Assembly: GCA_009841015.1 (NCBI GenBank)
Contig: VXMQ01000009.1
Location: forward strand, 9,942 to 73,941
Reading direction: 5' to 3'
Length of the DNA stretch: 64,000 bases
Source: Candidatus Palauibacter denitrificans
Lineage (GTDB): Bacteria > Gemmatimonadota > Gemmatimonadetes > Palauibacterales > Palauibacteraceae
Part shown: positions 1 to 9,589 of the stretch, one piece after another
How positions within the stretch are numbered: the stretch's first letter is position 1
Layout of the letters: the number at the start of each line of letters is the position of its first letter
The notes under the pieces: generated by a model
What the model saw: only the letters and a program-made list of their open reading frames with translations
What the model was told of the DNA's origin: nothing
Database searches by the model: none
Program-made: the position numbers and the translations under genes

Positions 1-1
1 C

Positions 2-2215
2 ATTCGCGGCCTGCTGGAAGTCTCGGACGATGTCGTCGACGGCGAGGTGACGCGACCCGCGGGAATGGTGATCCACGACGGACCCGACCCGTACCTCGTC
101 GTCGCGGCGGACAAGGGGACGGCGAAGAACTCGGATACGGCCAACGAACTCGCGGCGGAAGCGGGCTTCTGGCTCGATGACGCCTTCGCTTCGGGCGGAT
201 CGCAGGGGTACGACCACAAGAAAGAGGGGATCACGGCCCGCGGTGCGTGGGAGTGCGTGAAGCGCCACTTCCGGGAAGCGGACATCGACTACGAGAACGA
301 ACCCTTCACGGCGGTCGGCATCGGAGACATGAGCGGCGACGTGTTCGGCAACGGGATGCTGCTCAGCGAGCAGATCCAACTCGTCGCCGCATTCGATCAC
401 CGCGACATCTTCCTCGATCCGAACCCGGACCCGAAGGCATCGTGGGAGGAGCGGAAACGGCTGTTCGAATTGCCGGCTTCGTCGTGGGCCGACTACGACG
501 CCGAGCTTCTGAGCGAGGGGGGTGGCGTCTACGACCGTACGGAGAAACAGATCCCCCTGTCGCCGCAGATCCGCGAGCGCCTCGCCATCGATCGCGAAGA
601 GATGAACGGAAACGAGTTGATCCGCGCGATCCTGTCGGCGCCGGTCGACCTCCTCTGGAACGGCGGCATCGGCACGTACGTGAAGGCGAGCTCGGAACGC
701 CACGCCGATGTCGGCGACCCGAGCGGCGATCCGACCCGGGTCGATGCGACGGCCATTCAGGCGCGGGTCGTCGGGGAGGGCGGCAATCTCGGCTTCACGC
801 AGCGCGCGCGGGTGGAATACGCGCTGCGCGGGGGGAGCATCAACACCGATGCCGTGGACAATTCCGCCGGGGTCGACATGTCCGACCACGAGGTCAACCT
901 CAAGATCCTGCTGGGCGGGCCGCTCTCGGACGGACGGATCGACTACGGGGCGCGAAACGAGTTGCTCCGCGAGTGCACGGATGAGGTCGCGTGGAAGGTC
1001 CTCCGCAACACGTACAGCCAGAGCCTCGCAATCAGCCTCGACTACATTCGGGCGCGGCGCGGGCCCGCCACGTTCCGCGACGTGATCCAGCGCTTCGAGC
1101 GGGAGGGGATCCTGGATCCGGCGCTCGAATACCTGCCGGCCGGGGAGGAACTCATCGAACGGGAGGACGCCGGAGCGCATCTCACGAGGCCGGAACTCGC
1201 CACCGTGATGGCCTACTCGAAGCTTCATCTCAAGCATGCGCTCACGGAATCGAGCGTATCCCGCGATCCGGCCATGATGGAACTCGTGGAGGACTACTTC
1301 CCGTTCGGGGCGCTGAAGGAGGTCGAAACATCGGACCTCGAGGAGCACCGCCTGCGCCCGAACATCTCGAGCATGCTGCTGACGAACCGGTACGTGGACC
1401 GCATGGGCGCCACGAGCCACATCCGGCTCATGGAGGAGACCGGCCGCGCCGCCGCGACCGTCGCCCGCACGTGGTACGTCGCGTCACGGATCGCGGACGC
1501 CGAGGACCTTTACGAGCGGCTGCGCGTCGCGGATGTCCGGATGCGGAGCGGGGCGCAGAACGAGTGCTACCTCGCGATGGCGGACGCGCTGACGCGCGCG
1601 ACGCGCTGGCTCCTCGAGCGGACCAATCCCGCGGGGCCGATCAGCGAGGCGATCGAATGGCTGCACGAACCCGTGCGCGCGGTCCGCGAAGCCCTGCCGG
1701 AACTGCTTGTCGCCGAGCGGCTGGAACGCTTCGAGTCCACCTGCGCGCTGCACGAGATGGACGGGCTCGATCCGGAGGGCGCGGCGCGGCTCACGACCTT
1801 CCGCTATGTGGACGAGCTGCTGCCGATCGCCAGCCTCATCCGGGAAACGGGCGCCGGCACGCGCGAGGTCGGCGCCGTGTACTTCGGTCTCGCCGAGGAG
1901 ATCGACTTTCCGTGGCTGCGGAGCCGCGTCTACTCGCTGGCCGCGGACGATCCGTGGGATCAGAGGGCGGCGCGCATCCTCGTCACGCGACTCGAACTGG
2001 CGCGGTCGCGCATGGCGGCGCAGGTCATCGCGCGCGCCGAGGGGTCGACGACGGAAGACGCGATGCGGTCCTTCCGCCGCCGGAACGCGGTGGGGTTGAG
2101 CCGGATTCGGAACGTGATCGCCGACGTCCGGAGCGCCGGGGCGGGTCTCCCCGGGCTCGTCGTGGCCGTGGACGCCGTCAACGACCCGGGGATCCTGGAA
2201 CCCCCGGACCGCTGA
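2..2215 (+). CDS. NAD-specific glutamate dehydrogenase, large (Bac_GDH) form; C-terminal ~737 aa, 5' end lies outside the window
   Basis: The frame is open from nt 2, with no stop before the track's GTG at 47. Motifs VVAADKGTA, GGSQGYDHKKEGITARGAWE, GIGDMSGDVFGNGML and GEGGNLGFTQ fit the large NAD-GDH family. Stop TGA at 2213-2215. Confidence 0.9.
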   Translation: MRGLLEVSDDVVDGEVTRPAGMVIHDGPDPYLVVAADKGTAKNSDTANELAAEAGFWLDDAFASGGSQGYDHKKEGITARGAWECVKRHFREADIDYENEPFTAVGIGDMSGDVFGNGMLLSEQIQLVAAFDHRDIFLDPNPDPKASWEERKRLFELPASSWADYDAELLSEGGGVYDRTEKQIPLSPQIRERLAIDREEMNGNELIRAILSAPVDLLWNGGIGTYVKASSERHADVGDPSGDPTRVDATAIQARVVGEGGNLGFTQRARVEYALRGGSINTDAVDNSAGVDMSDHEVNLKILLGGPLSDGRIDYGARNELLRECTDEVAWKVLRNTYSQSLAISLDYIRARRGPATFRDVIQRFEREGILDPALEYLPAGEELIEREDAGAHLTRPELATVMAYSKLHLKHALTESSVSRDPAMMELVEDYFPFGALKEVETSDLEEHRLRPNISSMLLTNRYVDRMGATSHIRLMEETGRAAATVARTWYVASRIADAEDLYERLRVADVRMRSGAQNECYLAMADALTRATRWLLERTNPAGPISEAIEWLHEPVRAVREALPELLVAERLERFESTCALHEMDGLDPEGAARLTTFRYVDELLPIASLIRETGAGTREVGAVYFGLAEEIDFPWLRSRVYSLAADDPWDQRAARILVTRLELARSRMAAQVIARAEGSTTEDAMRSFRRRNAVGLSRIRNVIADVRSAGAGLPGLVVAVDAVNDPGILEPPDR

Positions 2216-2222
2216 TCGGCTC

Positions 2223-2244
2223 GGGCAGCCGCGGGTGGCTGCCC
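2223..2244. terminator. GC-rich hairpin between the convergent gdh and glnA genes (possible bidirectional terminator)
   Basis: gggcagcc (2223-2230) pairs with ggctgccc (2237-2244) around a 6-nt loop. No clear U-tract follows. Confidence 0.35.
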
Positions 2245-2271
2245 GGTGCGTCTACGTCTGGCAGACTGCCT

Positions 2272-3672
2272 CTAGTAGTTGATGTACTGCTCGAGTTCCC
2301 ACTCGGAGACCGACGCCACGTAGTCGCTCCACTCGGCCTTCTTGCGGCTGACGAACTGCTCGAAGATGTGGTCGCCGAGGGCGTCCTTCATGACTTCGTT
2401 CGCCTCGAGTTCCTCCACGGCCTCGCCGAGATTCGCGGGCAGCACCTCGAGTCCGATCCTCGCCCGCTCCTCGTCGGACAGCTTCCACACGTTCGTGTCG
2501 AGCGGTGGGCCGGGATCGATCTGGTTTTCGATGCCGTCGAGGCCGGCGGCGAGCTGGACAGCCGTTGCCAGGTAGCCGTTGCAGGACGGGTCGGGCATGC
2601 GGAACTCGAGCCGCGTTCCGACGCCCCGCTGCTCCGGGATACGGATCATCGGTGAGCGGTTCCGCTGCGACCACGCGATGGAGATCGGCGCCTCGTAGCC
2701 CGGAACGAGCCGCTTGTAGCTGTTCACGATCGGGTTGGTGACCGCGGCGATTGCCCGCGCGTGCTTCTTGAGGCCGCCGATGTAGTGGAGCATGACCTCC
2801 GCCAACTCGTAGTCGGCGTCCGCGTCGTGGAAGATGTTCTTCCCATCCTTGAACAGCGACTGGTGCGTATGCATGCCCGACCCGTTCGCGCCGAAGATGG
2901 GCTTCGGCATGAACGTCGCGTGGAGCCCGTGCGCGAGCGCGACGTTGCGGACGATGAACTTGAACGTCATGAGGTCGTCGGCGGTGCGCAGCGCCTCGCC
3001 GTACTTGTAGTCGATCTCGTGCTGGCCCTCGGCGACTTCGTGGTGCGCAGCCTCGATATCGAGGCCCATCGCCTCCATGGCGGTAACCATCTCGCGCCGC
3101 GCTCGCTCGGCGAGATCCGACGGCGTGAGGTCGAAGTACCCGCCATCGTCGTGGGTGACGAAATTGCAGCTACCGTCCTCGTTCGTCTTGAAGAGGAAGA
3201 ACTCGGCCTCGACGGCGGAGTACATCGTGTAGCCCATCGACTCCGCTTTGGTGACGACGCGCTTCAGAGCCGCTCGCGGGCAGCCGCCGAACGGCTTGTT
3301 GTACGGGCGCCGGACGTCGCAGTACATCTGGGCCACCCGCGCGTCCGGGTTCCCCCACGGGAAGATCCGGAACGTGTCCAGGTCCGGCCTGAGGAGCATG
3401 TCGCTCTCCTCGATGCGCACGTAGCCGGCGATCGACGAGCCGTCGAACATGACCTTCGCGTCGAACCCGTCTTCGAGCTTGCTGGCCGGGACCTCGACGT
3501 TCTTCGCGAAGCCGTTGATGTCGATGAAGATGAGACGAAGGAAGCGGACGTTCAGCTCCTCGCAGAGCTTCAGGATCGCGTCCCGGTCGCCCGAGGCGAC
3601 GGTGCTCCCGTAGTCGTCGTATCGAATGTGCGAGGAGTGTTCACTGGGTGCCGCAAAAACGGCGTCGGACAT
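2272..3672 (-). CDS. glnA: Glutamine synthetase, type I
   Basis: 466-aa ORF with ATG at 3672. Shows the GS beta-grasp and catalytic domain signature (FIDINGF, MFDGSSIAGY, GSGMHTHQS, NSYKRLVPGYEAP). The position of the E. coli adenylylation Tyr reads W (TNVWKLSDEE), so it is probably a non-adenylylated form. Confidence 0.95.
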   Translation of the reverse strand: MSDAVFAAPSEHSSHIRYDDYGSTVASGDRDAILKLCEELNVRFLRLIFIDINGFAKNVEVPASKLEDGFDAKVMFDGSSIAGYVRIEESDMLLRPDLDTFRIFPWGNPDARVAQMYCDVRRPYNKPFGGCPRAALKRVVTKAESMGYTMYSAVEAEFFLFKTNEDGSCNFVTHDDGGYFDLTPSDLAERARREMVTAMEAMGLDIEAAHHEVAEGQHEIDYKYGEALRTADDLMTFKFIVRNVALAHGLHATFMPKPIFGANGSGMHTHQSLFKDGKNIFHDADADYELAEVMLHYIGGLKKHARAIAAVTNPIVNSYKRLVPGYEAPISIAWSQRNRSPMIRIPEQRGVGTRLEFRMPDPSCNGYLATAVQLAAGLDGIENQIDPGPPLDTNVWKLSDEERARIGLEVLPANLGEAVEELEANEVMKDALGDHIFEQFVSRKKAEWSDYVASVSEWELEQYINY

Positions 3673-3769
3673 GGTGCGACCTCCGGGTCACTTGAGGGCG
3701 TACTGAGGGAGGGTTCGTAGGTCCGGTTCCGCAGCTGGCGGTCGGGCACGACCCGTAATGTCGCGAGGC

Positions 3770-3798
3770 ACTATGGGGAGCGGATCGGCCATCGTCAA
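3770..3798 (-). promoter_or_regulatory. Candidate sigma70-type promoter for glnA
   Basis: On the minus strand: TTGACG (3798-3793), a 17-nt spacer, then CATAGT (3775-3770). This would give a leader of roughly 90 nt before the glnA ATG. Pattern match only. Confidence 0.3.
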
Positions 3799-3826
3799 CC
3801 TCGCCGCTCGAACGCGGCAGCGCTTT

Positions 3827-3841
3827 TGCCACGGACTGCTA
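3827..3841 (-). repeat. Copy of the 15-nt motif TAGCAGYCCGTGSCA; its TAG is the PPTase stop codon
   Basis: The minus strand reads TAGCAGTCCGTGGCA. Confidence 0.6.
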
Positions 3842-4489
3842 GGGCCAGCTCCACTGGCGGACGGTTTCGGGCGCCCGGGAGCATGCCACGGCGCCTGTGA
3901 AGCCTTCCCCGGGGAAGAGGTCCATCAGCCACCACGAGCGCCCGTCGAGTCTTCCGCGAATCGTGTCGACTCGGCTCAGCGGACGCGACAGGCCGAGGCC
4001 GGCGGCCTTGAGGATCGACTCCTTCCGGGCCCATATCCGGAAGAACTCCGGCCTGGCCGCCGCGGCGTCCCAGTCGGACCGGAGGCGCCGTTCCTCGGGG
4101 GAGAGGTGATCGCGGGCGAGAGGTCCCGGGTAGCTGAGCGGCCGGATCCGTTCGATGTCGACGCCGATTTCGCCGAACTGGCCCACCGCACAAAGCGCGA
4201 CTCCGCCCGAGTGGCTCAGATTGAAGAAGAACGGGGGAGCGTCGCCGGTCCCGTCACCCCCGGGTGCCGGCACGAGCCTCGGCTTTCCGTGCGCTCCGTA
4301 CTCCAGCGCCAGCTTGCCGGGCGGGACGCCCAGGTACTCGGAGAGGAGACGTCGCAGCGCGATGCGGGCGCGACGGAAGCGGGCGCGCGCCTTCGCGCTC
4401 ACGAGTCGTTCGGCGCGGGCCCGCTCGTCCGGACTCAGAACGGTACGGTCCACGGACTCGCCACCGGCGGAGAGGTCGATCCTCCACAC
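3839..4489 (-). CDS. 4'-phosphopantetheinyl transferase (Sfp/EntD type)
   Basis: HVWRIDL N-terminus, KPRL, FFNLSHSGGVALCAV and IGVDIERI motifs. GTG start at 4489, TAG stop at 3839-3841. Confidence 0.8.
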   Translation of the reverse strand: MWRIDLSAGGESVDRTVLSPDERARAERLVSAKARARFRRARIALRRLLSEYLGVPPGKLALEYGAHGKPRLVPAPGGDGTGDAPPFFFNLSHSGGVALCAVGQFGEIGVDIERIRPLSYPGPLARDHLSPEERRLRSDWDAAAARPEFFRIWARKESILKAAGLGLSRPLSRVDTIRGRLDGRSWWLMDLFPGEGFTGAVACSRAPETVRQWSWP

Positions 4490-4548
4490 GTGAAGGCCGG
4501 ACCCCGGCAGCCCCGGGGGACGTACGCGCGCAGGCCAATCGCCGCCGT

Positions 4549-5577
4549 TCAGAGGGCGGCGTACCAGTCGAGCGTGGACCGAAGACCTTCGGAGAGCGTC
4601 CAGCGGGGCTCGTATCCCAGCCCTTCCCGGGCTTTCGAGATATCCGCATAGGAATGCCGTACGTCACCGGCCCGGAAGCCTTCGTACACCGGTTCCGCGT
4701 CTCCCACGTCCGGCCGCTTCCTCGCGAGTCCCGACTGGATGAGGGCGAACAGCTCGTTCAGCGTCGTCGGGTCTCCCGCGGCGACGTTGTAGACGCCGAG
4801 CGCCGTCTCCTCCCCCGTCGTGGCGGCGAGCAGGTTCGCCTGCACCACGTTGTCGATATAGCAGTAATCCCGGGTCGTCTTCCCGTCCCCATAGATCTGG
4901 CACGGCTCTCCCGCCAGCATCCGCAGGGTCCAGCGCGGTATGACGGCCGCGTAGGGCCCATCGGGGTCCTGCCTCCTGCCGAAGACGTTGAAATAACGGA
5001 GCCCGACGACCTCGAGGTTGTAGCTGCGGCGGTACATCTCCGCGTACAGCTCGTTGACGCGTTTCGTCGCGGCATAGGGGGATGCCGGATTCCCGATGCG
5101 GGCTTCCACCTTGGGGAGGCAGGGCGAATCCCCGTACACCGAACTCGAGGATGCGTAGACGAGGCGGGAGACGCCGGCATCGCGCGCCGCGTCCAGCACG
5201 TTGATGAACCCCTCGACGTTGCGGGCATACGCCTCCTGCGGCTCCTTGACCGATCGGGGCACCGAACCCAGCGCGGCCTGGTGCAGCACGATGTCGACAT
5301 CGTGGCACGCCTCGACAGCGGCGTCCGCCTCGACGACATCCCGCTCTACGAACCGGCAGCGGTCCGCGGGGGCGCCCGAGGCCGCCACGGCGTCGTCGAT
5401 GTTGCGCCGGTGTCCGGTCGAGAGGTCGTCGAGCGCCACGACCTCCTGTCCCAGCGTCAGGAGCCGCTCGACGAGATGGGATCCGATGAAACCGGCGCCC
5501 CCCGTGACCAGCCATCGTCGAGGGGCCGCCGCGAGTTCTTCGCAGGCGAGATCGTAGGCGGTTTTCACGCGCAACAT
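4549..5577 (-). CDS. NAD-dependent nucleotide-sugar epimerase (WbpP/TviC-like UDP-GlcNAc/Glc 4-epimerase family)
   Basis: Internal ATG at 5577 (MLRVKT...), followed by the Rossmann motif VTGGAGFIGSH and the catalytic YAATK. The 206-aa upstream part of track ORF 4549..6195 is Arg/Pro-rich shadow sequence. Confidence 0.9.
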   Translation of the reverse strand: MLRVKTAYDLACEELAAAPRRWLVTGGAGFIGSHLVERLLTLGQEVVALDDLSTGHRRNIDDAVAASGAPADRCRFVERDVVEADAAVEACHDVDIVLHQAALGSVPRSVKEPQEAYARNVEGFINVLDAARDAGVSRLVYASSSSVYGDSPCLPKVEARIGNPASPYAATKRVNELYAEMYRRSYNLEVVGLRYFNVFGRRQDPDGPYAAVIPRWTLRMLAGEPCQIYGDGKTTRDYCYIDNVVQANLLAATTGEETALGVYNVAAGDPTTLNELFALIQSGLARKRPDVGDAEPVYEGFRAGDVRHSYADISKAREGLGYEPRWTLSEGLRSTLDWYAAL

Positions 5578-5748
5578 GTTATGCTTGAGGCGGTGGAAGG
5601 CGGAACCCCTCGCACCGCTCGAAGGCAGCGGGGCATTCGCCACGGCCTGCCGGGCACTTGAAACCCGTCCCCTGTCGGGGGGAGTATGAGGGGGACCGGC
5701 GAAGGAACGCCGGGCGGGTGCGGGCGACCACGGAGTCGGAAAGGCGCC

Positions 5749-6126
5749 ATGGCCGAAGAAGGCATGAACGAGATCCTGAGGAAGAAGGTCTGGAGGAAGC
5801 TCCAGGCTCTCCCGGAGGACAAGCAGTACGAGGTCGTCGATTTCATCGACTATCTCGCATCGAAGTACGCGTCCCGGCCGGCGGCCGGCGCGGATCCGTT
5901 CCAGCACTTCGCCGAATCCGTCCACCGGGGGTTGCGGAGGACGCGGGCCTCGACGACCGCGGTCAAGGGAACGATGAAGGTGCTCGGAGCGGCCGACCGC
6001 GTGATCGACTCGTTCCGCGAAGCCGGGCGCGGATTCCTCGCCGAACTCGAAGCGGGCAACCCCGAACCGGAGCCCCGGGAGGACCGTCCTCCACCCGAGA
6101 AGCGCGAGATCGTCGTCGATCCTTAG
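5749..6126 (+). CDS. Hypothetical small protein with a DUF2281-like N-terminus
   Basis: [19 protein letters not shown] resembles DUF2281. Start taken at the internal ATG ([10 protein letters not shown]). No further recognisable domain. Confidence 0.5.
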   Translation: MAEEGMNEILRKKVWRKLQALPEDKQYEVVDFIDYLASKYASRPAAGADPFQHFAESVHRGLRRTRASTTAVKGTMKVLGAADRVIDSFREAGRGFLAELEAGNPEPEPREDRPPPEKREIVVDP

Positions 6127-6138
6127 CAGCCCGTGGCA
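6124..6138 (+). repeat. Copy of the 15-nt motif TAGCAGYCCGTGSCA; its TAG is the stop of the 5749-6126 gene
   Basis: The plus strand reads TAGCAGCCCGTGGCA. Confidence 0.6.
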
Positions 6139-6243
6139 GAATCCCGCGTCAGCGCCGCTCGAACGCAGCGGGGGTTTGCTACAGGCTGCCGGCATGGACT
6201 GCCGGGTGTTTGACGGCGCGCGGGCCGTCGCCTACGATGGCGC

Positions 6244-7710
6244 ATGGAAGCTCCCGTGCCGCGCTCCAGCCGCGAAGCGCTCACCTTTGACGACGTTCTG
6301 CTCGCACCCGGGCACGCGCTCGTCCATCCGGCGGATGTCGATGTCTCCACCCGCCTGACTCCACGCATCCGACTCCAGATTCCGCTGCTCTCCGCCGCCA
6401 TGGACACGGTGACGGAGTACCGCATGGCGATCGCTCTCGCGCGCGAAGGCGGGATCGGCATCATCCACAAGAACATGTCGGTCGAAGCCCAGGCCCAGCA
6501 GGTCGACCGGGTGAAACGGTCGGAGAGCGGGATGATCCTGAACCCCGTCACGCTCGGCCCCGACGCCACCCTGGGCGAGGCCCGCACGCGAATGAGGGAG
6601 TTTTCCATCAGCGGGGTCCCGATCGTGGGCAACGACGGCGCGCTCGTGGGGATTCTGACCAACCGCGACCTCGTTTTCGAGACGGACCTCTCGCGGCCGG
6701 TGCGGGACGTGATGACGAGCGAGGATCTCGTGACCGCGCCCGCCGGAACCTCGCTCGAGGAAGCCGAGGAGATTCTCCGCCGCCACAAGATCGAGAAGCT
6801 CCCCGTCGTGGGAGAGGACGGGCGGCTCGCCGGGCTCATCACGGTCAAGGACATCTTCAAGCGGCGCCAGTTTCCCAACGCGACGAAGGACGGCCACGGA
6901 CGGCTCCGGGTGGGGGCGGCCGTGGGGGCGAGCCGGAACGAACTCGAGCGGGCGCGGGAGCTCGCGAAGGCCGGGGTGGACGTCATCGTCGTCGACACCG
7001 CGCACGGACACTCGGAGGGCGTGCTCGAAGCCGTCTCACGGGTCCGGGAGGCGCTCCCCGACATCGACCTCATTGCCGGCAATGTCGCGACCCGAGAAGG
7101 GGCGGCGGCGCTCGTCGAGCGGGGCGTGGATGCGGTCAAGGTCGGCGTGGGGCCGGGATCCATCTGCACGACCCGCGTCGTCACGGGTGTCGGCGTGCCT
7201 CAGGTCACGGCGATCGAGGACAGCGTGGCGGGGGCGGAGGGCAGGGTGCCCGTGATCGGGGACGGCGGCATCAAGTATTCCGGCGACCTCGTGAAGGCGA
7301 TCGCGGCGGGGGCGGAGACGTGCATGCTCGGGTCGATGTTCGCGGGCACCGACGAAAGCCCCGGAGAGACGTTCCTGCTCGAGGGCCGGCGGTTCAAGGT
7401 GATCCGCGGCATGGGCTCGCTCGCGGCCATGCAGGCCGGCTCGGCGGATCGGTACTTCCAGGAGGGATCGGCCGCGCAGAAGTTGGTCCCCGAGGGGATC
7501 GAAGGCCGGGTGCCCTACAAGGGGCCGGTGTCGGATACCGTGTTCCAGCTCGTCGGCGGTCTTCGCAGCGGCATGGGATACTGCGGCGCCGCCACCGTTG
7601 ACGAACTCCGCCGGGATGCCCGCTTCCTCCGCATCACTTCCGGCGGACTTCGCGAATCCCATCCGCATGATGTCGTGATCACGCGCGAGGCTCCCAACTA
7701 CCACGTCTAG
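6244..7710 (+). CDS. guaB: Inosine-5'-monophosphate dehydrogenase
   Basis: 488 aa with a TIM barrel and a CBS pair. Motifs include [34 protein letters not shown] and GGIKYSGD. Confidence 0.97.
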   Translation: MEAPVPRSSREALTFDDVLLAPGHALVHPADVDVSTRLTPRIRLQIPLLSAAMDTVTEYRMAIALAREGGIGIIHKNMSVEAQAQQVDRVKRSESGMILNPVTLGPDATLGEARTRMREFSISGVPIVGNDGALVGILTNRDLVFETDLSRPVRDVMTSEDLVTAPAGTSLEEAEEILRRHKIEKLPVVGEDGRLAGLITVKDIFKRRQFPNATKDGHGRLRVGAAVGASRNELERARELAKAGVDVIVVDTAHGHSEGVLEAVSRVREALPDIDLIAGNVATREGAAALVERGVDAVKVGVGPGSICTTRVVTGVGVPQVTAIEDSVAGAEGRVPVIGDGGIKYSGDLVKAIAAGAETCMLGSMFAGTDESPGETFLLEGRRFKVIRGMGSLAAMQAGSADRYFQEGSAAQKLVPEGIEGRVPYKGPVSDTVFQLVGGLRSGMGYCGAATVDELRRDARFLRITSGGLRESHPHDVVITREAPNYHV

Positions 7711-7876
7711 CACCCCGTGATGTGGCGTCCAGCAGGGAGAGGATTCTCGACACCGCACATCCCGTTCGGTACGATATAATCGCGTGTTGTCCGGTCCTGC
7801 TTCCGGAGCGACGCCCTGACGGGGCGGAGGGGCCTGGGGGGTTAGTTGTGGTGCCGAGAAGGGATTCTACCGCCCG

Positions 7877-9589
7877 ATGACCAATCGATCGTCAGAAACC
7901 CGTTTTTGCGTGCGTCTTCAATGGGCCGGGCCGGTGCTCGCGGCGCTTGTGCTGCACGGCTGCGCGTTCACGCAGCGTACACTCGATGGCGGCCCGAGTC
8001 CGGAGACCGTGAACGTTGGGCCGGGGGCGATCGAGGCCGGCAGGGCGGACCCGCCCGAAACCACTCCGGAACCGGGGGATGCCGCCGCGCCGGCGCCGGA
8101 CGACGAGCTGGTGCCGGAGGACCCGGTCGTGCCGGACCCGGTAGACGAGACTGCCGCCGGGCCTACCGTCGCGGAGATTGATCGAGCCGTCCGCGAGATG
8201 CTCGGTGGCGACCCCATGGGGCTGGTTCACGAAGGAGAGGATCCGCGCGTGTTCAAGCTCGAGATGAACGAGCGCGTCCAATCGTGGGTCCACTACTTCC
8301 AGACCGTCATCGGCGAGCGCTTCGCGACCTACCTTGGCCGCAAGACCCGCTACGAGACCATGATTCGCCGTAAGCTGCGCGAGGCGGGGCTACCGCAGGA
8401 TCTCATCTACCTCGCCCTGATCGAGAGCGGCATGAATCCCAACGCCTACAGTCGCGCGAGCGCGGTGGGCCTGTGGCAGTTCATCTCGGGAACGGGGCGC
8501 CAGTACGGCCTCGAAATATCCTACTGGATCGATGAGCGGAGAGATCCGGAGAAGGCGACGGACGCCGCGGTCCGGCACCTCAGGGATCTGTACGACGAGT
8601 TCGGTTCCTGGTACCTCGCGGCGGCGGGCTACAACGGAGGGCCGAACCGGGTCCGCCGCGGGCTTCGCACCGTGCCGGGCGCGACCTTCTGGGATCTCGC
8701 CGACCGGCGTCTGCTGCTGCGCGAGACGCGGGACTACGTGCCGAAGATCATCGCGGCGGCCATGATCGGCCACGATCCCGCGCGCTACGGGTTCCCGGAT
8801 CCGGACAGGGAGACCAGCCCGGAATACGCGAAGGTGCGCGTGCCCGACGCGACGAGCTTCGATGTCCTGGCCGAGGTCGCCGGGACCGACGAGGCGACGA
8901 TCAACCTCCTCAACCCCGAATTCCCGCGCGACGTGACCCCGCCAAACCGGGAGGTCGAAGTGCGGGTTCCGGTCGAGGGGGCCGCCCGGTTCGCGGCGCG
9001 GTATGCCGCCGTGCCGGCGGAAGAGCGGGTGACCTGGACGTTCCACACGGTCCAGCGCGGTCACACGCTGGGGTGGATCGGACAGCAGTACGGGGTCTCG
9101 GTTGCGGCGCTGCGCGCGGCGAACGGCAACCTGAACCCGCGTCGCCTGCAGATCGGCCAGGAACTCGTGATTCCCCGGTCCGCGCGGGCCTCGGGCGCTT
9201 CGATCTCGCGGAGTTCGAGTGCCAGCCCGATCACCGCGCGGACGAACGCCGAGGGGACGACCGTCGTCACCGTGCAGCGCGGACAGACGCTGGACGTGAT
9301 CGCGCAGCGGTACGGCGTGTCGGTGGCGGCGTTGCGGGCCGCGAACGGAAATGTGAATCCGCGCCGTTTGCAGATCGGCCAGGAGCTGCTGGTTCCGAGG
9401 GCCGGCCGGCCGGCCGGAGCCGGGTCCGCGAGCGCCGGCGCCGGGCCGGTGACGATCGTGGTCCGGCCGGGCGATTCGCTATGGCTGATCGCCCGCCGAC
9501 ATTCGGTATCGACCCGCGAGCTTATCGAGTGGAATCGCCTTTCCTCCACCCGGATCCACCCCGGCGATCGGCTTGAGATCCGGCGCTGA
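7877..9589 (+). CDS. Membrane-bound lytic murein transglycosylase (MltD-like) with three C-terminal LysM domains
   Basis: SLT catalytic region (LIESGMNPNAYSRASAVGLWQF, AAAGYNGGPNRV). Three LysM repeats follow, the first two nearly identical. Confidence 0.9.
   Translation: MTNRSSETRFCVRLQWAGPVLAALVLHGCAFTQRTLDGGPSPETVNVGPGAIEAGRADPPETTPEPGDAAAPAPDDELVPEDPVVPDPVDETAAGPTVAEIDRAVREMLGGDPMGLVHEGEDPRVFKLEMNERVQSWVHYFQTVIGERFATYLGRKTRYETMIRRKLREAGLPQDLIYLALIESGMNPNAYSRASAVGLWQFISGTGRQYGLEISYWIDERRDPEKATDAAVRHLRDLYDEFGSWYLAAAGYNGGPNRVRRGLRTVPGATFWDLADRRLLLRETRDYVPKIIAAAMIGHDPARYGFPDPDRETSPEYAKVRVPDATSFDVLAEVAGTDEATINLLNPEFPRDVTPPNREVEVRVPVEGAARFAARYAAVPAEERVTWTFHTVQRGHTLGWIGQQYGVSVAALRAANGNLNPRRLQIGQELVIPRSARASGASISRSSSASPITARTNAEGTTVVTVQRGQTLDVIAQRYGVSVAALRAANGNVNPRRLQIGQELLVPRAGRPAGAGSASAGAGPVTIVVRPGDSLWLIARRHSVSTRELIEWNRLSSTRIHPGDRLEIRR

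Noticed and set aside
991-2655. 554-aa plus-strand ORF overlapping the gdh and glnA regions. Similar very long ORFs occur at 17964..20399, 23382..25673, 23626..25680, 13640..15076, 59547..61370, 29460..31148, 31822..32988 and 63279..63995.
   Set aside because: They are Arg/Pro/Gly/Ala-rich low-complexity translations. Each lies in an alternative frame or antisense to a gene with a clear family signature. These are typical shadow ORFs of ~70% GC DNA.
3673-3769. Roughly 90-nt glnA leader considered as a glutamine (glnA-motif) riboswitch.
   Set aside because: I could not recognise the conserved glnA RNA core by eye. It is only a long leader downstream of a weak promoter match. An Infernal/Rfam scan would decide.
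7711-7876. TATAAT box at 7775-7780 upstream of the mltD-like gene as a promoter, or a small RNA in this 166-nt gap.
   Set aside because: No acceptable -35 element lies at 16-19 nt spacing (the nearest TCGACA is 23 nt away). There is no convincing structured element. Too weak to call.
9043-9400. Two ~135-nt near-identical DNA segments (9043-9177 and 9266-9400).
   Set aside because: They encode LysM domains 1 and 2 of the same transglycosylase. This is an intragenic domain duplication, not a mobile or regulatory repeat.
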